A stretch of 56,899 nucleotides of DNA from a virus (lineage: Duplodnaviria > Caudoviricetes): positions 1 through 56,899 of the IMG/VR virus record IMGVR_UViG_3300010400_000024. The stretch is one strand, 5' to 3'. The notes under the pieces were generated by a model. That model saw only the letters and a list, made by a program, of their open reading frames with translations. It searched no databases and was not told where the DNA came from. The stretch's first letter is position 1. Each line of letters opens with the position of its first letter. Below are positions 47,365 through 54,947 of this stretch, in pieces. The position numbers and the translations under genes are program-made.

Positions 47365-47411
47365 GTAGTCTGCATAATGATCCAACTCGTAGGGATCATT
47401 AGGAAGTCTAC

Positions 47412-47440
47412 TTGACACCGATAGGAAGGGATGGTATGCT
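47412..47440 (+). promoter_or_regulatory. early promoter, probably giving a leaderless mRNA
   Basis: TTGACA-N17-TATGCT with TG extension; ATG 7 nt downstream (47447). Confidence 0.8.
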
Positions 47441-47446
47441 TTGTCT

Positions 47447-47638
47447 ATGAAAGAAATCAAGGCAGATGAGCATTACACGTACACCGATCTTATCGGTTGC
47501 ACAGTAACAGGAGCCGATACGATTAACTTGACATTGAAGCATCCCGATGGTAGAGTGTTTACCGTTGAAACCATCGACGATGGTTACGGATGGTCAGGCT
47601 TTAGTGTAATTCAAGTCGAAGGGAAGGAGGTGAATTAA
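47447..47638 (+). CDS. hypothetical protein
   Basis: ATG at the predicted +1. Confidence 0.6.
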   Translation: MKEIKADEHYTYTDLIGCTVTGADTINLTLKHPDGRVFTVETIDDGYGWSGFSVIQVEGKEVN

Positions 47639-47639
47639 C

Positions 47640-47936
47640 ATGGAGAATTTGACAGCAGCCGATATTACTGCTATTCTTGCGAATAGTCGTAATCGTGGTG
47701 GACAGGATCAGTTCCTTAAGGAGTTCGCCTCCTCAGAGGATATGTATCGTATCCTGAACGAGGTTCCTCAGTTTGCTGGTAAGACTAAGGAGCAGCTCGT
47801 TAGCATCAAGAATCAGCTTACGATGAAGGCTAAGAAGGCTGAGCTTACTAACATCAAGCTGGTCAAGAACGGCGATGCTATCCTGATCGTGAACACGGAT
47901 AAGCTCGTGATGGAGTCAGACGAAGACTCTGAATAA
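47640..47936 (+). CDS. small protein, paralog of 55698-56057
   Basis: AAGGAGGTGA RBS; shared RG..D..L.(E/D)F.SS, FAGK, (I/L)(V/I)NT and acidic tail. Confidence 0.75.
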   Translation: MENLTAADITAILANSRNRGGQDQFLKEFASSEDMYRILNEVPQFAGKTKEQLVSIKNQLTMKAKKAELTNIKLVKNGDAILIVNTDKLVMESDEDSE

Positions 47937-47953
47937 CGCAACAAGGCAAGGCT

Positions 47954-48059
47954 TTAGTTAGCTTGCCTAGAGTAGTAAGGCTATAGGTATGGGAGTTTCT
48001 CTACAACCCTAACTCCCTCAGTGTAGAGTATGCCTTACTACTCTAGGAAGGCTAACTAA
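47954..48059 (+). ncRNA. stem cassette 1 enclosing an H-type pseudoknot
   Basis: 28-bp stem with one G.A mismatch; inner GGGAGTT/AACTCCC; loop CTCTACA pairs with TGTAGAG. Confidence 0.75.
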
Positions 48060-48068
48060 GGAGGAATA

Positions 48069-48335
48069 ATGGATAACGAAATGATGCCCTCATACGTGTA
48101 CAACGAACACGATGATGAGCATACAGTTAAAGGCCCGAAGCCTATCCCTGAAGGGATGCATGAGTGCGATGGCTGTAATGGGTCAGGAGTTTACTACGGT
48201 AAAGGTGCTGTAGTGAATGGTAAGTTTGTCGGCTTTACTGGTAAGTGCTACCGTTGTGGTGGCAAAGGCCACCAAGATGATAAAGACCTGAAGCGTAATC
48301 GGTATTACGACAATCACGTAAGGAAGGTGTGGTAA
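48069..48335 (+). CDS. DnaJ-type zinc-finger protein
   Basis: CDGCNGSG and CYRCGGKG. Confidence 0.7.
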   Translation: MDNEMMPSYVYNEHDDEHTVKGPKPIPEGMHECDGCNGSGVYYGKGAVVNGKFVGFTGKCYRCGGKGHQDDKDLKRNRYYDNHVRKVW

Positions 48336-48553
48336 TGGATATCGTAACAGAAGATGGAGTGAAGTTGAAGGAAGGTGACAGGGCTTACGATTACTACAAC
48401 ATGAAGCCCGGTTACATTAAGCCTAACAGTATAACAATGGCACCAGATGCATGGTTCGACTTTGTGCATGATGATGGTTCGACCGATTTGCTTAACGGGC
48501 AAAGGATTTGTAGTGTAGAGTTTGCTAAGCGTAGAAGGTTTAAGGACGCATGA
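48335..48553 (+). CDS. hypothetical protein
   Basis: TAATG coupling. Confidence 0.6.
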   Translation: MDIVTEDGVKLKEGDRAYDYYNMKPGYIKPNSITMAPDAWFDFVHDDGSTDLLNGQRICSVEFAKRRRFKDA

Positions 48554-48759
48554 GTGGAGTTATCGACACCGACGGCACACAGTGGGAACGTTGTAACGGT
48601 TGCGGTGAGTTCGTGAACATGGACGACTTGCGCTACGAGCAGCCGAGTGAGAAGTTTAAGTACGGTAGGGACTTGTGCATTAAGTGTATTACTGAGACAA
48701 GCATAGCCGTTAAAAAATCCTACTTGACAGATAAGGGTTTACGTGCTATGCTTCTCTAA
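48550..48759 (+). CDS. zinc-finger hypothetical protein
   Basis: CNGC...CIKC. Confidence 0.55.
   Translation: MSGVIDTDGTQWERCNGCGEFVNMDDLRYEQPSEKFKYGRDLCIKCITETSIAVKKSYLTDKGLRAMLL
48724..48752 (+). promoter_or_regulatory. early promoter
   Basis: TTGACA-N17-TATGCT with TG extension. Confidence 0.8.
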
Positions 48760-48785
48760 GTAATCCAACCGGGAGGTAAGAGCAA

Positions 48786-49025
48786 ATGCAGGGAGTATAC
48801 GTAAGAGCTAGAAGGGTAGCAACTAAGAAGGCACTAAAAGAGGCAGTTGCGGAGAACTCGCACGTTGTCGCACTTGAGGCTACTAGCCTCTTTGGTAACG
48901 AGTACGACGGCTTCCTGTTTCAGGCACCTAACGGAGTTTACAACGTTGTCGGGCCTTGTCCTCACACAAACAGGAAGTGGTACGCAACGATCACAGTGAA
49001 GGATGGCGACGTTAAAGTCAAATAG
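48786..49025 (+). CDS. hypothetical protein
   Basis: GGGAGGT RBS. Confidence 0.65.
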   Translation: MQGVYVRARRVATKKALKEAVAENSHVVALEATSLFGNEYDGFLFQAPNGVYNVVGPCPHTNRKWYATITVKDGDVKVK

Positions 49026-49101
49026 CACTCACAGGCATAAGTGGGTGGTCACTAGAAAGGTAAGAAACACTGACCACCCACTTATCCGTAAGTGTGAGTG
49101 C
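49025..49101 (+). ncRNA. long hairpin at the start of RNA cluster 1
   Basis: GCACTCACA/TGTGAGTGC plus ATAAGTGGGTGGTCA/TGACCACCCACTTAT. Confidence 0.6.
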
Positions 49102-49140
49102 GGCGCGATTCAAAGACACCATAGAGGTAGATGGACAAGT

Positions 49141-49251
49141 TAGCTTGCATAGACTGTAGAGCGCATACCGAGCGAAAGGTGGCACTCATGGAGAGTTGGC
49201 AAAGTCAAGGGGTTCGATTCCCTCCACATTCTCTACAGTCTATGGAGGCTA
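49141..49251 (+). ncRNA. stem cassette 2 enclosing a mini tRNA-like RNA
   Basis: 21-bp stem TAGCTTGCATAGACTGTAGAG/CTCTACAGTCTATGGAGGCTA with G.G; GGGG-TTCGATT-CCCT T-arm. Confidence 0.75.
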
Positions 49252-49266
49252 GTTAGTCTCTATAAA

Positions 49267-49333
49267 AGAGAAAGTGCGAAAGCGTCGAGAGCTAGGAAAT
49301 CTCGGGGTGTATGGGCCTAGACACACTTTCTCT
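49267..49333 (+). ncRNA. multi-branch RNA with kissing loops
   Basis: AGAGAAAGTG/CACTTTCTCT; loops containing CTAGG and CCTAG. Confidence 0.6.
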
Positions 49334-49405
49334 AACAACATAATAGCTCACAGTTAAAGGAGGATAATAGCATCGGGTAAGGCTATTATCGTGCAGACGT
49401 TTTAC

Positions 49406-49566
49406 TAGTCTGCATAAGCTAGTAGGAGCAATTGCATAATAGGACAACAGTATAAAGCCTGCTCTGTCCCGGTAATGGTGAAGCAAACTACCGTAAAAGC
49501 CAGACGGTGTAAGTTGGTAGTTGAAAAGCCGTCATACCTTGCCGTCCTACTAGCTTATGGAGACTA
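49406..49566 (+). ncRNA. stem cassette 3 (~117-nt structured cargo)
   Basis: 22-bp stem TAGTCTGCATAAGCTAGTAGGA/TCCTACTAGCTTATGGAGACTA with G.G. Confidence 0.75.
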
Positions 49567-49587
49567 ATGAAAGGAGGTTAACGAAAA

Positions 49588-49713
49588 ATGGATAATAGAA
49601 ACCGTAATAACTCATGGGACGCAATTTGGCAGGATGCAGGTAAAGGCTTTAGATGGTTCTGCGGTATCCTGTTGTTTGTACTGTTCATGCATTCATGTGC
49701 AGGTGTAGGCTAA
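49588..49713 (+). CDS. small membrane peptide (41 aa) between RNA cassettes
   Basis: AAGGAGG RBS; MDNRNRNNSWDAIWQDAGKGFRWFCGILLFVLFMHSCAGVG. Confidence 0.65.
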   Translation: MDNRNRNNSWDAIWQDAGKGFRWFCGILLFVLFMHSCAGVG

Positions 49714-49865
49714 CTAGTCTGCATAAGCTAACGGGTGATATAGGAACGATAAGCGGGGCGAAAGCCTAGAATCTAGTGTCACTACACACTGGACGTGAAT
49801 CGTTCGCCGGTAGTGCGGAAAGAGGGTAATACGTACCCTCCATCCGTTAGCTTATGGAGGCTAGT
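49713..49865 (+). ncRNA. stem cassette 4 enclosing a kissing-loop RNA
   Basis: 25-bp stem with G.G; loops CACTAC and GTAGTG complementary; GAAA tetraloop. Confidence 0.8.
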
Positions 49866-49869
49866 AAAA

Positions 49870-49919
49870 CCTAGTGCTTAAGTGGGCCAGCCCATTAAAG
49901 GGTCAACACTTGTACTAGG
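49870..49919 (+). ncRNA. hairpin following cassette 4
   Basis: CCTAGTGC..AAGTG/CACTT-GTACTAGG. Confidence 0.45.
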
Positions 49920-49982
49920 ACGCATGGATGGCGATAAGCTAGCCTCCAAGAACTTTAATCACACACAAGCAGGAGAGTTGCT

Positions 49983-50225
49983 ATGATAGACCTATGCGAC
50001 AGAAACCACGAAGGACTTGTGGTGAAGTTGTGGTATCAAGAACCCGACGAAATCACTATTACCGTTAGGGACGAAAGGAACGGTGAGAACTTTGCACTCG
50101 AAGTTGATCCGAGAGATGCTCTCGACGCGTACTACCACCCCTTTGCTTACAGAGATAGAGAGGCAAGAGTTGGTGTACTGGCCGAAGGTGATGCTAAGCG
50201 CAACAACGGCGATTGCCTGCCGTAA
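49983..50225 (+). CDS. hypothetical protein
   Basis: AGGAG RBS; ALDAYYHPFAY. Confidence 0.7.
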   Translation: MIDLCDRNHEGLVVKLWYQEPDEITITVRDERNGENFALEVDPRDALDAYYHPFAYRDREARVGVLAEGDAKRNNGDCLP

Positions 50226-50255
50226 AATCGAAGAGCTAGCAGAAAGGTGTAAAGC

Positions 50256-50450
50256 ATGAATGATGGCCCACCACAGATAAGAGCAGTACCACCGATGAAG
50301 CACTACACAATGGAGATTACGCTAGTTGATAGCGGTCTACCATACACTGATAAAGAGGACGCCGAGAAAGCCGCTAACGAGTGGGCTAAAGAACTTGCTA
50401 GTGGTGAAAACTGCATGGTAGGTAAAGTAGTAGTAAGAGAAGATGCCTAG
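50256..50450 (+). CDS. hypothetical protein
   Basis: ORF in early operon. Confidence 0.55.
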   Translation: MNDGPPQIRAVPPMKHYTMEITLVDSGLPYTDKEDAEKAANEWAKELASGENCMVGKVVVREDA

Positions 50451-50604
50451 ACTAACTAGGATAAAGCTGCTAGAGTTGTGGCATCATGAATACAACCGTA
50501 TGTTGGCTAAGTATGGTGATCCGGTTTACGCCGTAAAACAAGCTGATGCAGCTTGGTCAGAACCGATAGCTCTCAGCAGCATATTAAGGAGTAAATATGT
50601 ATAG
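50443..50604 (+). CDS. hypothetical protein (53 aa)
   Basis: MPRLTRIKLLELWHHEYNRM...; overlaps both neighbours. Confidence 0.45.
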   Translation: MPRLTRIKLLELWHHEYNRMLAKYGDPVYAVKQADAAWSEPIALSSILRSKYV

Positions 50605-50788
50605 ATACGAATGTCTAGCTTACGTCTGTAAAGAGAATAACGTCTATTGGTCTGAAACGTATGTGAACAATAGAACGTTGGGGCGTAACATTAAAACTCG
50701 TGAAGAAGAAATGACTAAACTTCATAGGGAGCATTACCCTATTGAGTCTCATAACCACATTGTAAAGCGGAGGAAGGTTAAATCATAA
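50597..50788 (+). CDS. hypothetical protein
   Basis: AAGGAG RBS. Confidence 0.55.
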   Translation: MYRYECLAYVCKENNVYWSETYVNNRTLGRNIKTREEEMTKLHREHYPIESHNHIVKRRKVKS

Positions 50789-51054
50789 TGTCAGCAGATA
50801 ACGGCTTCGCTATCCTGTCACTAGATGATAAGCCTGAGTATTGGGGCATCTTCTACTATAGTGGTGAAACTGATAGCACTACTGCTTTGTCTAAGGATGC
50901 TAGAGATGTACTAGCTAATCCTATCACGGCTATCCTTAAAGCTCATAGGATGCAGAAGCAGGAGAGAACTGAGTATGGCGTCTATGTTAGTGAAGAATGT
51001 CTAACGGCGGCTTTTCTCACAATGTCAGATTACCTATCAAGTGGGATAGCATGA
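50788..51054 (+). CDS. hypothetical protein
   Basis: MSADNG...TEYGV; TAATG coupling. Confidence 0.6.
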   Translation: MSADNGFAILSLDDKPEYWGIFYYSGETDSTTALSKDARDVLANPITAILKAHRMQKQERTEYGVYVSEECLTAAFLTMSDYLSSGIA

Positions 51055-51212
51055 CTATGTACCACATAACAGGGGTAACGTTCTACGGCATAAGGTTTAA
51101 GATTCGCACTACTAACCGTTTGCACGCTGAAATGATTAACGTGCATAGAGGCACCTTGTGGCAAGTAGATAGGAACGGCAAGCGAAAGATTCTAAGGAGG
51201 TATGGCTGGTAA
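51051..51212 (+). CDS. small basic hypothetical protein
   Basis: ATGA overlap. Confidence 0.5.
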   Translation: MTMYHITGVTFYGIRFKIRTTNRLHAEMINVHRGTLWQVDRNGKRKILRRYGW

Positions 51213-51373
51213 TGGCTAAAAGGATTGTACTAGTCTTTGATTACTCTGATGCCACTGATGATGCAGGAACACAAAAGTTCCTAGAAGATGTGGCTAGAGA
51301 TTTGAACGAAGACTTAAGACATTACGTAGGGTATCAAGGATGGAGGGTAGAAGATGACAGTAGCTCAGATTAG
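51212..51373 (+). CDS. small acidic hypothetical protein
   Basis: AAGGAGG RBS; TAATG coupling. Confidence 0.5.
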   Translation: MAKRIVLVFDYSDATDDAGTQKFLEDVARDLNEDLRHYVGYQGWRVEDDSSSD

Positions 51374-51539
51374 AAAGATGGGTGAGCTTACTGGCGAATT
51401 GGGTGATGCTAAGAAGGTCAACTTCAGTCAGTGGACTCATGGTAAGTTTATCTCTTTGACATTCATGAAACTTAATGGGGAGGTATGGCGATACGATATC
51501 TATCCTAATGGTGAATATGAAGGAGAACAAAGTGTCTGA
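51354..51539 (+). CDS. hypothetical protein
   Basis: GGAGG RBS. Confidence 0.55.
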   Translation: MTVAQIRKMGELTGELGDAKKVNFSQWTHGKFISLTFMKLNGEVWRYDIYPNGEYEGEQSV

Positions 51540-51615
51540 ATGGATAATCAGAATCGTAGTTGGATTCATTATCTTTGTATGGGTATTCTTCGTCGTAGTG
51601 GAGGCTTTGTCATAA
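51532..51615 (+). CDS. single-TM peptide (27 aa)
   Basis: AAGGAG RBS, GTG start; SEWIIRIVVGFIIFVWVFFVVVEALS. Confidence 0.5.
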   Translation: MSEWIIRIVVGFIIFVWVFFVVVEALS

Positions 51616-51788
51616 TGACACTAGAAAAATATGAAGTGTTCATTAAGGGTAAGGATAAGATGATTCAAAGTTGGACATTGTTCTTTGAAGCTGAGAACTT
51701 TGCTCATGCAGAGGAACAAGCTCAAGATTACCTAGACGATAACGATGAAATCGTCAAGATAACAAAGGACTACAAAAATGCCGGTTAA
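51615..51788 (+). CDS. hypothetical protein
   Basis: GGAGG RBS; EAENFAHAEEQA. Confidence 0.55.
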   Translation: MTLEKYEVFIKGKDKMIQSWTLFFEAENFAHAEEQAQDYLDDNDEIVKITKDYKNAG

Positions 51789-52029
51789 GTTTGATAGACA
51801 GCATTACAACGCATTAGCTAAGCTCTTTAGGTACACTATAAGGGAGGCAGCGAGTGTTGACCTAGATGAGCGTAATGGTGTCATTAGATTTGCGATGGAA
51901 TGCACTCAATACTTCAAATTGGGTGATCCATTGTTTGACCCTATTCAGTTTCTAGATGCATGTACGCCCGAAGAGGATAGAGAGATTAACAATCTAAGCG
52001 AATTGTGGGTGAATGATGTGGGAAATTGA
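51778..52029 (+). CDS. hypothetical protein
   Basis: RQHYNALAK...FDPIQFLDAC. Confidence 0.6.
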   Translation: MPVKFDRQHYNALAKLFRYTIREAASVDLDERNGVIRFAMECTQYFKLGDPLFDPIQFLDACTPEEDREINNLSELWVNDVGN

Positions 52030-52324
52030 TAAAGACTACATTAACACTGACCCTGGTGATACAAATAGGGTAGGTGTTAAGGGTGAAACGGTTAACGTAG
52101 GATTTGGTCATATCATGCCTGAGTGGATTGACCTACCTAGTGACGCACCAGTGGTAAGGTTTCACATGAAGGATGATGATGGTCAGGTGTATTACGGCGG
52201 TTGGCTGCACAACGATGATGAATGTCTGAATCAGGATGCAGCTCTGCATTACGGTAAGTACGATGCTGGTTGTACTACCATCGAAGTCATGATTGACGGA
52301 AAGTGGAGGCAGGACATTGGATAA
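52013..52324 (+). CDS. hypothetical protein
   Basis: FHMKDDDGQVYYGG. Confidence 0.6.
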   Translation: MMWEIDKDYINTDPGDTNRVGVKGETVNVGFGHIMPEWIDLPSDAPVVRFHMKDDDGQVYYGGWLHNDDECLNQDAALHYGKYDAGCTTIEVMIDGKWRQDIG

Positions 52325-52589
52325 CGAGGTAATTGTAGAGAAGATGAAGGTAGCACTCGCAAGTGTAGCTGGTGATGCTCATGCGTTTATGAATCAGTAC
52401 GACATTAGTGCTGAAAACGTTATCGTTATCAACTTTCACTATGTTGAGAAGGCTGTTGAGAGGCTAATGAAGCTTTCTGACGATGATGATGGTTCAGAAC
52501 TAGTAGTGATTCTTCAAGTACTAGCAGCAGCTAGCTTTAGTACTGGATTCCTTCTAGGGTATCAGTTTGCCAATGACAGAAAATCTTAA
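52293..52589 (+). CDS. hypothetical protein
   Basis: ORF in operon; start may be TTG ~52317. Confidence 0.55.
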   Translation: MTESGGRTLDNEVIVEKMKVALASVAGDAHAFMNQYDISAENVIVINFHYVEKAVERLMKLSDDDDGSELVVILQVLAAASFSTGFLLGYQFANDRKS

Positions 52590-52734
52590 ACAATACACAG
52601 TGGTTATGTATCATCCTCTTGACCTTGCTAAAGCTGTCATAGCGGAAGAAGGTGTAAATGAGGAAGATGTAAGGGCTAAGATAGAGTTGAAGTACAGTAA
52701 GTGGGTAATCGAAGAGATTAAGGAGGCAAAGTGA
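52573..52734 (+). CDS. hypothetical protein (53 aa)
   Basis: MTENLKQYTVVMY...; overlaps neighbours. Confidence 0.45.
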   Translation: MTENLKQYTVVMYHPLDLAKAVIAEEGVNEEDVRAKIELKYSKWVIEEIKEAK

Positions 52735-52877
52735 CAGTTAAGTTTAGCCATCGTCCTGCAACTGCACCTATGGGTAGGTTTGGCGGTTGTTGGCAACTTA
52801 AGGTTGGTATCCAAGCTTCTCGTTCTACCGTACTTATCAGTCTACTTATCGCGGAGCTGAAAATCAGCTTTAAGTGA
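52731..52877 (+). CDS. hypothetical protein (48 aa)
   Basis: AAGGAGG RBS, GTG start. Confidence 0.45.
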   Translation: MTVKFSHRPATAPMGRFGGCWQLKVGIQASRSTVLISLLIAELKISFK

Positions 52878-52907
52878 GTTAGCGCAAATATCCGATCCAA
52901 TATCGGC

Positions 52908-52936
52908 TTGACATTTACTAGGAATTATGATAGGCT
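52908..52936 (+). promoter_or_regulatory. early promoter
   Basis: TTGACA-N17-TAGGCT with TG extension. Confidence 0.8.
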
Positions 52937-53145
52937 GGTCTAGCCGTCCTAATCACACAGGGGGTCTTATTGCTCTTTATGACTCCACCGCAGTTAGCAG
53001 CGATAGCGCAACTGCACAAGGATAAGACAGAAAGTATCACATTGCAAAAAGCACATGGTTTAGCCGGTTATCTTCAGATAACCTTTTGGCTAGATGATGG
53101 CAAATGGCACGACTTCTTACTAACACCAGAAGGAGAGATAGAGTA

Positions 53146-53304
53146 ATGGAAGAACAGCTTAAGGCTGAGTTGGTAGAACAAGTTAAGTCAATGAAGTGGA
53201 ATGCAGACATTGTCGTCTTGAATGACGATGGTGAAGAACTTGAAGTTACCGATGTAAGCTTTGACAATGAGCTGGACAGAGTAGTGATTCAGGTGGAAGC
53301 CTAA
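53146..53304 (+). CDS. small acidic hypothetical protein
   Basis: AAGGAG RBS. Confidence 0.55.
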   Translation: MEEQLKAELVEQVKSMKWNADIVVLNDDGEELEVTDVSFDNELDRVVIQVEA

Positions 53305-53305
53305 G

Positions 53306-53503
53306 ATGGGAGTTGTTGAAGATTTCTACAAGTCTGGTGATTTAGGCTTGGACGTATCAGCAGGGATAAGTCCAGAAGCAGTTGAAGCGTTGTTTAATGA
53401 ACTTGCAAATTTCCCTGATGTTATCCTAGCCGTTAGTGGCACCACAGTAATCTTGTATAACAAGAGGTATGTAAAGGTGGTGGTAAAGGACAATGGAAGT
53501 TAG
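53306..53503 (+). CDS. hypothetical protein
   Basis: ORF in operon. Confidence 0.55.
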   Translation: MGVVEDFYKSGDLGLDVSAGISPEAVEALFNELANFPDVILAVSGTTVILYNKRYVKVVVKDNGS

Positions 53504-53804
53504 ACTTAACAAGAGTTGGAACTGTCTATCTGCTGGTACTAGACTTCTAGTGCTAGCTGATGATAACGTTGAATGGGAAAAGCCAGGTGATCCAATTAGT
53601 CATGGCTTTATCACTGTAGAACTACTACACTCTAGTAAGAAACTGTTGGACATTGAGCCTCGTATGGCTTACCCGTTCGATATCGAGTATGACTACGTTA
53701 CTGAGTGTAGGCCGACAGTTGAGTACGTTCCTTCAGAAAACCGCCACAAGCGTAGAACTCTTAAACGTAATGAGTATGAACTCAAGCAAGCGTTGGGAGT
53801 TTGA
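53493..53804 (+). CDS. hypothetical protein
   Basis: AAGGA RBS. Confidence 0.6.
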   Translation: MEVRLNKSWNCLSAGTRLLVLADDNVEWEKPGDPISHGFITVELLHSSKKLLDIEPRMAYPFDIEYDYVTECRPTVEYVPSENRHKRRTLKRNEYELKQALGV

Positions 53805-53814
53805 GAGGTAAGTT

Positions 53815-54402
53815 ATGAAGGCAAGTAGCCTATGGCCGGGAACACACTATGCCTACCAGTATGGACTTGGTAGAGGTAGAGAACTTCCTTTGGACGCCAG
53901 AAGGATTGTGGTGCTTAGACTTGAAAGTACCCCTATCCCTGGTGGTAGAAAGTCTCGCACAGAAGCACTCGTAATGTTTATGGATGAAGAAGGTGGTGCT
54001 ATCACTGAAGGACGTGATAGTAAGCCTAGAATGGTAAAGGCACCTGATATCATCAACTTTTGGGACGATTACGAAATGGAGCGAGATGCTCTTAAGGAAG
54101 AGAAGAGGATTAAACGAGAGAAAAGACTACAGCAAGAAGCTCAATGGAAGAAAGAACGTGACGAACGTTGGGCTATTGAAGCGGTAGCAACGTTTATCTA
54201 TCGTGCGGCCGAAAGTATGCGTAGGTGGGAACGTGAAAGGCATCTACGAGAAGCTGCACAGATGGAAGAAGCACGACAGAGAAGGATTAAGAACGTTCTC
54301 ATTACAAGAGGCTTAACACGAGAAGCCATTGTAGTGAACAACGGCAGCGTAATACTACAACGGGACGATGTTGAAAGGTGGTTAGGTATTCAGAATGACT
54401 AA
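53815..54402 (+). CDS. hypothetical protein with charged coiled coil
   Basis: GAGG RBS; E/R/K-rich helix. Confidence 0.65.
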   Translation: MKASSLWPGTHYAYQYGLGRGRELPLDARRIVVLRLESTPIPGGRKSRTEALVMFMDEEGGAITEGRDSKPRMVKAPDIINFWDDYEMERDALKEEKRIKREKRLQQEAQWKKERDERWAIEAVATFIYRAAESMRRWERERHLREAAQMEEARQRRIKNVLITRGLTREAIVVNNGSVILQRDDVERWLGIQND

Positions 54403-54673
54403 TCCATTGAGTATGGATTTCATTAAAGCACTAGTGAAGAAACAGGAGTATAAAGAAGTGGGACATAAGCCCATCTTTACAAGCGAAGAGTTGAAGTTGA
54501 TTAAGACAACGATCAAGGCTGGACAGCAAACACTTCGTATGCGTAATAAGAACTTCCGAGTTAGGTACTTCATCTGGAAGAAAACCGAGTGGGTTACGGT
54601 TAAGCCTGTTATGGGCTTTGTCCCGATGTTCTCTTCACCAAAGGATGATGTACTAAGAGCGGAGATTCTGTAA
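54395..54673 (+). CDS. hypothetical basic protein
   Basis: ORF in operon. Confidence 0.55.
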   Translation: MTNPLSMDFIKALVKKQEYKEVGHKPIFTSEELKLIKTTIKAGQQTLRMRNKNFRVRYFIWKKTEWVTVKPVMGFVPMFSSPKDDVLRAEIL

Positions 54674-54674
54674 C

Positions 54675-54947
54675 ATGGACTTGACAGTTAGACAAGAGAA
54701 AGTAGTTAGACTCTTGTGGCGTCATAGCAGGTGGGACTCAACAAGGGTGATAACTCAAGACTTGAACATTAGGGAAGATTATCGTAGTGGTGTGTTTACG
54801 ATCGGTCAAGTAAGGTCTATCCTAGCGAGACTTGAGAATCGTGAAATTGTTGTACGCAGAGGTTTTCCTGCACGATGGCAGTTGACTACACATGCAAGAA
54901 ATCATCTACTCGCTAAGGGGTTTAAAAGTGACTCAAAAACCACTTGA
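54675..54947 (+). CDS. winged-helix DNA-binding protein
   Basis: LTVRQEKVVRLL...QVRSILARLENREIVVRRG...WQLT. Confidence 0.6.
   Translation: MDLTVRQEKVVRLLWRHSRWDSTRVITQDLNIREDYRSGVFTIGQVRSILARLENREIVVRRGFPARWQLTTHARNHLLAKGFKSDSKTT

Noticed and set aside
49470-49540. Hammerhead ribozyme or c-di-GMP-I riboswitch in cargo 3
   Set aside because: TGAAGCA...GAAA and GCAAAC...AAAGCC only partly resemble the consensus; CUGANGA and GACGCAAAGC are absent.
49141-49865. Retron msr-msd (a1/a2 repeats with a branching G opposite G)
   Set aside because: No reverse transcriptase in the window, the G.G lies inside a continuous helix rather than at its inner end, and there is no long msd hairpin. A retron-decoy role cannot be excluded but is unsupported.
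50466-50580. GCTGCT-AGAG...CTCT-C-AGCAGC as another cassette
   Set aside because: Lies inside a plausible 53-aa ORF, is short, and lacks the UGC/GGA core.
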